Assembly: GCA_965215005.1 (NCBI GenBank)
Contig: CBDCCZ010000028.1
Coordinates: 1-35,823, forward strand
From: Kofleriaceae bacterium
Lineage (GTDB): Bacteria > Myxococcota_A > Polyangia > Haliangiales > Haliangiaceae
Length of the DNA stretch: 35,823 bases
Reading direction: 5' to 3'
Shown here: in pieces, positions 19,848-27,517 of the stretch
Position numbering within the stretch: the stretch's first letter is position 1
Layout: every line of letters begins with the position of its first letter
Translations under genes and position numbers: made by a program
Notes under the pieces: model-generated
What the model was told of the DNA's origin: nothing
Database searches by the model: none
What the model saw: only the letters and a program-made list of their open reading frames with translations

Positions 19848-20828
19848 TCAGAAGACACCGCCGAGCACGAGCGCGTTGGGTCCAACGTGCAAGCTCGTGC
19901 TCACACGCTGCTCGCTCTTGGGGTCGTCTCGTGACCACAGATACCAACTGACCGCTCCTGATGCCAACGCTGCCACGGTAAAGATATCGGCTGTGAGAGC
20001 GAACGTGCGCACCCTGCCGCGCGTGCTAGCGACCTCTCCGGGACTCGGCGCCGGCCGTGCCAGCTGAACGTCGAGGTCGCGGTTGCCGTCCCACGCCAGA
20101 TATCCGGTCACACCAGCCCCCGCGACCAACGCCACGGTGAAACCCGTTGCGATCCAAGCACTGGTCTTGCGCGCCTCTCGCTTCGACGAGGTGGTCAAAT
20201 CGGTGCGCAAGTCGTTGATGAGCGGCAGCGCCTCGAGTGACTTCTCCATTAGGGCAATCTGCAGCTCGCGATGCTCGCCTGCGGCCAGCTGCACGGTCTG
20301 CGAGACGGGCTGATACCCGTCGGCGGTAACCCGCACCTGACGCTCGCCCATACTAACTACCACCCGTTCTTGCACCGCCGCGGGCGACTGCGCGACCCCG
20401 TCGATCTCCACGACCGCGTTTGGCACATTCACCTGCACCGCGACGGAAGCGAGGCGCTCGCTGAGCCGCTCGACCTCATGATGAACCAGCGCGATCGTCT
20501 TGCCATCTACCTTGGGATTGGCGCCTTCGAGGTAGCGCTCGAACTCCGCGATCGCCTCGACATATTTATGCATGCGCGACAGCGCGATCGCGATGTTGTA
20601 GTGAAGACGATAGTTTGGCGCGAGCGCGAACGCGCGGCGAAACTCCGACAAAGCTGCATTGAAGTCTTTGTCCTGGTAGAGCTCGATGCCGCGCTCGAAG
20701 TGCACGGTTGCCCTCGCTACGGCGTCATCTTCGGCCGCGGCTAGCCTAGGACACGCCAACGCGCACAAGCTCATAATGGCCAAGACGAGGAATCGCCGGT
20801 AACGTCTCGGTCGCAGTGCGTCCATCAT
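19848..20828 (-). CDS. Exported TPR + PEGA domain protein with C-terminal hydrophobic hairpin
   Basis: Signal peptide, TPR (HFERGIELY...AALSEFRRAF...YNIA...FERYL), PEGA (NVPNAVVEIDG...ADGY), two hydrophobic segments, ends LGGVF; GGAGG RBS. Confidence 0.88.
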   Translation of the reverse strand: MMDALRPRRYRRFLVLAIMSLCALACPRLAAAEDDAVARATVHFERGIELYQDKDFNAALSEFRRAFALAPNYRLHYNIAIALSRMHKYVEAIAEFERYLEGANPKVDGKTIALVHHEVERLSERLASVAVQVNVPNAVVEIDGVAQSPAAVQERVVVSMGERQVRVTADGYQPVSQTVQLAAGEHRELQIALMEKSLEALPLINDLRTDLTTSSKREARKTSAWIATGFTVALVAGAGVTGYLAWDGNRDLDVQLARPAPSPGEVASTRGRVRTFALTADIFTVAALASGAVSWYLWSRDDPKSEQRVSTSLHVGPNALVLGGVF

Positions 20829-21061
20829 TGCCTCCAGGCGCGGTCAAAGCGCTCGACGGCGTCTGCGCGCCTCGCGCCGATGCGGACGAGCGCTAGAGCT
20901 CCTGCAGCGCGTTCCAGATAGCGACATTGCCGTGCTGCCATCATACCCCCGCCGCAAAGATGGAGGACGAGTACCGCGCGCGGGTGACGGATGGGGTACG
21001 CCCCAGCCGCGGCGCACCTTCTTCGTGAGCGTGTTACAGACTTGTAGGCGAGAGTGCGCCG

Positions 21062-22924
21062 GTGCCTTCCACCGCATCCGCGTCTATAGTTGAGTCGATG
21101 ATTCGCGGCACCGATAACGGAAGCATCGCCTGTCCGTTGTGCGGTGAGACCGCGACCTGCGGAATCCTCTGCGGAGCCCATGCGGCCGAGCTCGGTGTTG
21201 ACGAGCTCCTCCCAGAGCGGGTCATTGCCACCGCGGCACCGTCGGCCGTGGCGTACCTGATAGATGGCTGGGGCCGCCAGCATCCCATCGCGACGCATTG
21301 CAGCATCGGTCGTGCCGCGGGCAATCGCTTGCAGCTCGTCGATGCCTCGGTGGAGGCGCATCACGCGCGCATCGAGGCTGACCCGAGCCACGCGCACCGA
21401 ATCATCGATCTCAGCGGCCGCACCGGTACGTTCGTCAACGGCGAGCGGCGAGCGGAGCGCGTCCTTCTGCACGGCGATCGGCTGCAGCTGGGGCGCGTTT
21501 CGCTCTATTACTGCGAGCTTGCCGACGCGGCGGCCGGAACGTCGTGGGGCTGCGGGACGCCTTTGGAACCAGCAGGCTCGCGATTCGTCACTCGCTCGGT
21601 GGTGCTGCGCAGTGCTGCCTCTCCGAGCGAGCCGCTCGTTTTGCTCGAGCCGGCCGGAGGAGGCGGCGGGGTCATCCGCTGGGGCAACGTCCACTTGCAG
21701 CTCTCGATGCACCAGTATCAGCTCCTCGCCGCGCTTCTCGAGCAATCCGAGCGCGACGATGAAAGCGGCGGCTTCATCGCTACCGAAGCGCTGCTGGCGC
21801 GGATTTCCTGGAACACCGCCTGGCCAACCCACAACAACCTCAAACAGCTCGTGTGTCGCCTGCGACGCACGCTGCGCGACGTGGGTCTGCAGCCCTTGCT
21901 GGCAATCGAGTGGTCCGCCGGCGCCGGCTATTGTCTGGTGATTCACGGCGAAGGCCGCAGCTCTCCGACGCAACCACCCGAGACACCGATACCGCGCTCG
22001 GCGCTTCCGCCCTCGCCTGCCCCGCAGCAGGACGCGAGAGCGGCGGCTCACGACGGCAGCGGCATGAAGCAGTCTCGTGGGCAGCACGCCCCGCCACAGG
22101 GGCACGCGCTGGTGCCCGCTAACGCCCCGCAACCTGCAGGACCGGGGTGCGTCGCATGCGGCGCACCCGCGGCGGCTCTGCTGTGCAGCAGCCACCGCGC
22201 TCGCATCGCGGCTCCCACCAGCTTGCGTCGCGAGCAGGTTTCGTTCCCGAGCTGCCCGCAGCCGCGCGCGCAGCTCATCGATCCGTGGGAGCGCGGTCAT
22301 CCCATCGGCGAAGAGCTCACCATCGGTCGCCGCCGTCGCGACGATCAGGCTGGCATCTTCGAGGCGTCCGTGTCGCGCGCCCACGCGCGCCTATGGCGGG
22401 ACGCAGCGGGGCAGTGGTGGATCGACGACCTCGGCAGCACCAATGGAACCATGGTCGAGGACGAACGGGTAGGCGCATCGACGGCGCTTGGCGTCGGCAC
22501 GGTCATCGCAATCGGCAACGTCAAGCTGCTCTTCGCCGCGATTGCGCCGCCTGCATCACCGGTCGAGGAGAGCCTCTCGATCCCGGCGCTGCCCATGACG
22601 CTCGAGCCCATCGATGACAGCGGCGACATCGTCATCGGTGGAGCGCGCCTGCCGCTGGCCGCCTCGCAGCTCCAGCTCCTGCAGGTGCTGGCGGAACGCA
22701 TGTGGACCGAGGAACACCAACCGGGGCCGGTGCGCGGGTTCGTTCGCTGTAGCGAGCTCTTGGCCTGCTTATCCTGGGCGACGTCGGGGCCCAGCGAGAA
22801 TCACCTCAAGCAGCGGGTGCGACGGCTGCGACAGTCGCTCGCACGAGCCGGCATTGGCGACCTGATCGAGGCGCGGCATCGCCTCGGGTACCGCCTAAAG
22901 GTCGTGCCAGTGGCGGCTAGCTAG
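21062..22924 (+). CDS. Tandem (CxxC..CxxH - FHA - OmpR-type winged helix) x2 transcription regulator
   Basis: Two colinear modules. FHA motifs IGR/SRAH/STNGT in module 2; wHTH motifs NNLKQLVCRLRRTL..GAGYCL and NHLKQRVRRLRQSL..RLGYRL. Confidence 0.85.
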   Translation: MPSTASASIVESMIRGTDNGSIACPLCGETATCGILCGAHAAELGVDELLPERVIATAAPSAVAYLIDGWGRQHPIATHCSIGRAAGNRLQLVDASVEAHHARIEADPSHAHRIIDLSGRTGTFVNGERRAERVLLHGDRLQLGRVSLYYCELADAAAGTSWGCGTPLEPAGSRFVTRSVVLRSAASPSEPLVLLEPAGGGGGVIRWGNVHLQLSMHQYQLLAALLEQSERDDESGGFIATEALLARISWNTAWPTHNNLKQLVCRLRRTLRDVGLQPLLAIEWSAGAGYCLVIHGEGRSSPTQPPETPIPRSALPPSPAPQQDARAAAHDGSGMKQSRGQHAPPQGHALVPANAPQPAGPGCVACGAPAAALLCSSHRARIAAPTSLRREQVSFPSCPQPRAQLIDPWERGHPIGEELTIGRRRRDDQAGIFEASVSRAHARLWRDAAGQWWIDDLGSTNGTMVEDERVGASTALGVGTVIAIGNVKLLFAAIAPPASPVEESLSIPALPMTLEPIDDSGDIVIGGARLPLAASQLQLLQVLAERMWTEEHQPGPVRGFVRCSELLACLSWATSGPSENHLKQRVRRLRQSLARAGIGDLIEARHRLGYRLKVVPVAAS

Positions 22925-23008
22925 CAAACTTCGAGCGCCCTACCCCATTGGTAACTGCACTCGAGGCGCCGCGGAGGTGAACATAGAGGCTCTCGCGGAT
23001 GAGCAGCC

Positions 23009-23533
23009 ATGCCCGCAACCTCCGAGCCAGCCATGAAGCCCACACGATTCGCGTTCCTTTTCACCACCTCCTCGCTGCTGGCGCTCGGCTGCGGCAGCAG
23101 CGGCGATGACGGAACCGCGCCGCCCGCTGCGGAGCGTGCCAACGCAGCCATCGTGCAACCCGTGGCGCCCGTCGAGCCGCCCCCCCGGATGGAGGCCGCC
23201 GCGCCTGGCGGCGTCACAGCCGAGGGTGCCGTTGCAGCAGCGACTGTGGAGCCAGCAGCAGCGCCCTCGGTAACCGCCGAGTCAAGACCACGTCGCCGAC
23301 AACCGCGCCGTGGAATGGCTTTGAGGAGAAAGGCGCCACCTCTGGCCGCACCTGGTAATCGCCGGCCTGCGGCGCAGGTGGAGTTGGAACCGGACGATGA
23401 GCCGCTGCCGCTCCTCGAGCCGAGCAATCGCCAGCCGCCGCTACAGATCGATCAGCGAGTTCCATGGACGGGCGAGCGCTCCTCGTCTCCGCCCATCGAT
23501 GCCGATGATCCGTGGCACGAGGACGGATCGTAG
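23009..23533 (+). CDS. Small Pro/Ala-rich disordered lipoprotein
   Basis: Signal MKPTRFAFLFTTSSLLALGC (start possibly 23033); ends IDQRVPW...IDADDPWHEDGS. Confidence 0.7.
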   Translation: MPATSEPAMKPTRFAFLFTTSSLLALGCGSSGDDGTAPPAAERANAAIVQPVAPVEPPPRMEAAAPGGVTAEGAVAAATVEPAAAPSVTAESRPRRRQPRRGMALRRKAPPLAAPGNRRPAAQVELEPDDEPLPLLEPSNRQPPLQIDQRVPWTGERSSSPPIDADDPWHEDGS

Positions 23534-23568
23534 AGGATCAGGTGGCTACCGCATGAGATCATCGTTGC

Positions 23569-24969
23569 ATGACTCATCCGTGGGCGCTTTTTGAAAGGTT
23601 TCGTGTGCCGTTGCCCCACCATGTCTACAGCCAGCGTTTGCTAGCGACCACCGCCCTGTGCGCGGCGTTTTGCTGTGGATGTGTCGGCGGAGCAGCGCGC
23701 GACGAGACCGCCCGCCCGGTTGTCGGCGGCGAGCTGACCGCGGAGCACGAGGAGGTTGGCCTGGCCGTGATCGGCAGCTCCCTGTGCTCTACCGTTGCCA
23801 TCACACCTCGCGTGATGCTGACGGCAGGACACTGTGTGCAGTTTCTCGGCGGAGAAGGCGACTCCGTGTACTTCGGCACCACGATTCGCGGTGATGAGGA
23901 GGATCCGGGATTCCTCGAGCAGATCCCGATTGTGGATTGGGTCGCGTACGACTCGAGCAATGACCCCGACCTCGGATTGCTGCTGCTGGAGCGCGAGCTG
24001 AGTGTGGCCCCTGCACGTTTCAATCGCACCCCGCTCACCAACGCGCACGTCGGACAGCCGATTGAGCTGATCGGCTGGGGCGATACCGCGCTCGATGCCA
24101 AAGACCTTGGCGCCAAGCGCGAGATCGTAACGTCGCTCGCGGCGCTCGACCGGACCGAGCTAATCGTCGACAGCATCTGTCACGGCGACTCTGGCGGGCC
24201 GCTCTTCATGGATTTCGGCGCCGGCGCGGTGGTGGTTGCCATTGCAGTAGACACTTCCTCACCGGTTGGCTGCAGCGGCGAGGGCCGCGCCACGCAAATT
24301 GCCCCATGGATCGATTGGATCGACGGGCACCTCGCGACCATCCAACAATGGACGCCGCCTCGAGTGACGATTCGAGCCCCGTATCCCGGACAGACAGTGG
24401 GATCGACGTTCCGAGTCGCTGCAGAAGCCAGTGACAATGCTGCAGTCAAGCGCGTCATCTTGAACATCGACGGAGACGCCGCGGACCAGCGCATGGAAGA
24501 ACCGTTCGAGTTCGACATAAGCGGCCTCGCGCTCGGTGGTCATCGTATTGAAGTCGTGGCAGAGGACAATGTTGGCGCGCAGAGCTCGCGAACGATAGAA
24601 GTCTACGTTGCGCCGCCTTGCCAGAACGACGCCGACTGTACGATGGGCGATCAATGCGTCGAGATGCTCTGCACGCAAGCCGAATCCGACTTCGGCCAGT
24701 CTTGCTTGGCAGATGCCGATTGCGCCTCGGGCCACTGCATTGACAGCGACGAGCGCTATTGCACACAGCTCTGCGGGGACGGAGCCACGTGTCCTAGCGG
24801 CTATACGTGTCAACAGGGTGAACAGAGCGCATCCTTATGTATGCGTGACAACAGGGAGGGTGGCTGCCGGAGCTCGCGCTCAGGAGGCGCGGGCTTGTGG
24901 CTTGTGGTGACGTGCGTTGCTTTGACGCTGCGTCGCGGCCGCCGAACGGCGCACGCTAGTCACTCCTGA
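23569..24969 (+). CDS. S1-family serine protease + Ig-like domain + Cys-rich repeats + MYXO-CTERM-like anchor
   Basis: VVGG mature N-terminus, TAGHC, DLGLL, CHGDSGGP; Ig-like ASDNAAVKRV...VAEDNVG; C-terminus GGC...GLWLVVTCVALTLRRGRR. Confidence 0.9.
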   Translation: MTHPWALFERFRVPLPHHVYSQRLLATTALCAAFCCGCVGGAARDETARPVVGGELTAEHEEVGLAVIGSSLCSTVAITPRVMLTAGHCVQFLGGEGDSVYFGTTIRGDEEDPGFLEQIPIVDWVAYDSSNDPDLGLLLLERELSVAPARFNRTPLTNAHVGQPIELIGWGDTALDAKDLGAKREIVTSLAALDRTELIVDSICHGDSGGPLFMDFGAGAVVVAIAVDTSSPVGCSGEGRATQIAPWIDWIDGHLATIQQWTPPRVTIRAPYPGQTVGSTFRVAAEASDNAAVKRVILNIDGDAADQRMEEPFEFDISGLALGGHRIEVVAEDNVGAQSSRTIEVYVAPPCQNDADCTMGDQCVEMLCTQAESDFGQSCLADADCASGHCIDSDERYCTQLCGDGATCPSGYTCQQGEQSASLCMRDNREGGCRSSRSGGAGLWLVVTCVALTLRRGRRTAHASHS

Positions 24970-25307
24970 GCCTCGCGCTACTCCTCCAGGCAATGGGCGC
25001 TGAGCGACCTGAGCGAACGCCGGTCTCCATGCGCCAAATGATTCGTCGCAAGACAGCATTCTGCTGTGCGGCAGCAACGCGTCCACACAACAGATCCAGC
25101 GACAGAACGATGGTCTTTAAGAAAGTATCGGATACGACTGTCAACTGGACTACCAGCGCATATTCTCCACCTCTCAACTGTGAATTAGCCAGCCTGATGG
25201 TGACATCGACCCACAACGTGAGACTAAAGTCGCCGCAGTCAGACAAGCACGAGTCCAGGAAACGGCCGTAATCCAGCTCTCGCTGTTGCGCCTCACCTAA
25301 ACCTACA

Positions 25308-25324
25308 ACGGCGCATGCTTTGCA
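25308..25324 (+). promoter_or_regulatory. Possible sigma54 -24/-12 promoter
   Basis: ACGGCGCATGCTTTGCA has GG-N10-GC spacing with TTGCA and sits just upstream of the ATG at 25337. Confidence 0.3.
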
Positions 25325-25336
25325 AAAGAGAATAGG

Positions 25337-26245
25337 ATGACTTCGCAACGACGTTTTCCGGGAACGCTTACGAGTCTCGGTGCCGCGCTCGTTGGTCGCT
25401 CACGCGAGACGCGAGCGGTTGCCGCGGCGCTCGAAGAGAGTTTAGAGAGCAACCTCGAGGCCGCTACCCAACTGATCGAAGCGAGCATCGATTGGCAAGG
25501 AGCCCCATCCGATAGCGCGCATCATTGGCAAGCGCTGATTGGCCGCGGCATCCTCGGCTTGCTGAGCGGCAAAATCGAAGGGGCGCTCGCCGAGCTCGTG
25601 GCGGCCCTCGAACGCTGCAAGCCGAGCGACAGCAGTCGCGAAGGTGCCGTTGCAGCCGGATTTCTGGCGATCGGCGAGTCGCTGGCATCCCGTCCACAAC
25701 CCGCGTGGCCAGCGCCAGCGTGTGCGCGAGCAGAGGCAGCGCGTGAAACCAGCGCGGAGCTCCGCCGTCTTCTTCGCGCGGTCGAGCACTACCTCGGGAT
25801 CGTCAAGGCAGGAGCCGCCGAGGAGCCGCGGTTGCTTGCAGAGCAATCGGATCACCGAGGAGCAAACAGACAAGCAGCACCAGGCGCGGCACGCCGGGTT
25901 GCCACTCTCGACGCCGAGCTCGCCTGGATCGATCCGCCCGGCGGCAAGCGCGTGAGCCTGCACCGGCGGCCGGTGCTTCAGCGTCTACTCAGGGCGCTGC
26001 TCGCTGCACGACAGAGCGCCCCTGGAGCCGGAGTGAGCACGGCAGAGCTGATAACCGAAGTCTGGCCCGGCGACCGAAGCGTATTTGGTGCGCAGACCAA
26101 CCGCCTTTGGGTGGCGCTCTCGACGCTGCGCAAGCTCGGGCTCGAGTCGCTGCTGCTGCGCGACGCCGACGGCTACTTCCTCGACCCTACCGTCGAGCTG
26201 CGCTGGGCGGGCGCGGGCGAAGCCGAGGCCAGTCCAACGCCGTGA
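25337..26245 (+). CDS. Putative transcription regulator (helical/TPR-like N-half, C-terminal winged helix)
   Basis: C-terminal LQRLLRALL...ELITEVWPG...NRLWVALSTLRKLGL..LLLRDADGYFLDP, typical of myxobacterial ATPase/TPR-wHTH regulators. Confidence 0.75.
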   Translation: MTSQRRFPGTLTSLGAALVGRSRETRAVAAALEESLESNLEAATQLIEASIDWQGAPSDSAHHWQALIGRGILGLLSGKIEGALAELVAALERCKPSDSSREGAVAAGFLAIGESLASRPQPAWPAPACARAEAARETSAELRRLLRAVEHYLGIVKAGAAEEPRLLAEQSDHRGANRQAAPGAARRVATLDAELAWIDPPGGKRVSLHRRPVLQRLLRALLAARQSAPGAGVSTAELITEVWPGDRSVFGAQTNRLWVALSTLRKLGLESLLLRDADGYFLDPTVELRWAGAGEAEASPTP

Positions 26246-26253
26246 CCGCACCG

Positions 26254-27396
26254 TTAGCGAAACGCACGTGCCCGCTCGAGGATCGCGGGCAACAGCTCGA
26301 GCACGTGCTCGACCTCCGCAGCGCTCGAGCCGCGGCCGAGACTGAATCGCACCACCTCGACGGCCCGCGCTGGCTCGACCCCCAATGCCAATAGCACTGG
26401 CGAGGGCGCCACGGTGCCCGAGCTGCATGCGGCGCCGGTCGACGCTGCGACGCCATGCAGATCGAGAGCTTGCACCACTACCTCACCAAGAGCGCCCGGA
26501 AACCCCGCGAGCACGGTATTGCCAACGCGCGGAGCACTAGCGCCATACACGACCGCACCCAATCCCACCAAACCACGCTCGAGCGCTGCGGTGAGCGCCG
26601 TGATTCGCTTGCCATCGTCGGCGGCATGCTCGCGCGCCAAGCGCGCCGCAACGCCAAATCCGGCAATGGCGGCAACGGCCTCGGTGCCAGGCCGACGCTC
26701 TCGCTCCTGATGACCGGCTGGCAACAGCGGCGGCACGTCGAGGCCGCGGCGCACCCAGAGCGCGCCGATGCCTTTGGGGCCGTAAAGCTTGTGCGCCGAC
26801 ACCGCGAGCGCATCGACTCCGAGCGCGGTCACGTCCATGGGGTGCTTGCCGGCCAGCTGAACTGCATCGCAATGCACCAGCGCGCCGCGTTCATGAGCGA
26901 TGGCGACCGCCTCTGCGACCGGCTGCATGATGCCGAGCTCATGATTGGCGGCGGCCAGCGCCACCACCGCGACACCGCCTGCAAGCTGCGCGGCGAGGTC
27001 GCCGAGCTCGATCCGACCGGCACTATCGACCGCCACGTCTCGAACGGCAAAGCCGCGCGCGGCGAGCAGCGCGGCGGCACCACGCACCGCCGGATGCTCG
27101 ATGGCCAAGGTGAGCACCCGCGCTGGGCGTCCTGCGCTGCGCGCCCTTTCTGCCAACCCGCACAACCCCAACGCGTCGGCCTCGGTGCCGCCACTGGTGA
27201 AGATGATCTCCTCGGCATCGCCGCCGACCAGCGCGGCGACCTCGTGGCGCGCCGCTTCGAGAGCTCCACGCGCCCGCCTGCCCTCTGCGTGCACGCTGGA
27301 GGGGTTGCCCCAGCAATCGCGCATGGCGGCCGTAACAGCCGCGGCGACCTCGTCCGCAAGCGGAGTGGTCGCGTTATGATCGAGATAGATCCGCAC
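26254..27396 (-). CDS. iscS: Cysteine desulfurase, IscS/NifS group I
   Basis: Motifs YLDHNATT, GNPSS, FTSGGTE, HCDAVQ, PLP lysine SAHKLYGPKG and catalytic STGAACSSG. Confidence 0.9.
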   Translation of the reverse strand: MRIYLDHNATTPLADEVAAAVTAAMRDCWGNPSSVHAEGRRARGALEAARHEVAALVGGDAEEIIFTSGGTEADALGLCGLAERARSAGRPARVLTLAIEHPAVRGAAALLAARGFAVRDVAVDSAGRIELGDLAAQLAGGVAVVALAAANHELGIMQPVAEAVAIAHERGALVHCDAVQLAGKHPMDVTALGVDALAVSAHKLYGPKGIGALWVRRGLDVPPLLPAGHQERERRPGTEAVAAIAGFGVAARLAREHAADDGKRITALTAALERGLVGLGAVVYGASAPRVGNTVLAGFPGALGEVVVQALDLHGVAASTGAACSSGTVAPSPVLLALGVEPARAVEVVRFSLGRGSSAAEVEHVLELLPAILERARAFR

Positions 27397-27517
27397 GGGT
27401 TTCTGCAGCTGAGATTGACAGCATCGACACCACCTTCGATGATCGAGGCAGCCACGTCCGCGATGCGAGCCACTTCACCGATTCATCTTGTCCGCTGCAT
27501 ATCACACCGGAGCCGGA

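Noticed and set aside
24956..25348. 130-aa minus ORF, 92-aa plus ORF and an SD-preceded MRW* mini-ORF
   Set aside because: No codon bias or motifs, and the 130-aa ORF overlaps both neighbours. Kept only as an unexplained region.
15796..26253. Mobile element call for the accessory block
   Set aside because: No integrase, transposase, tRNA or flanking direct repeat was found.
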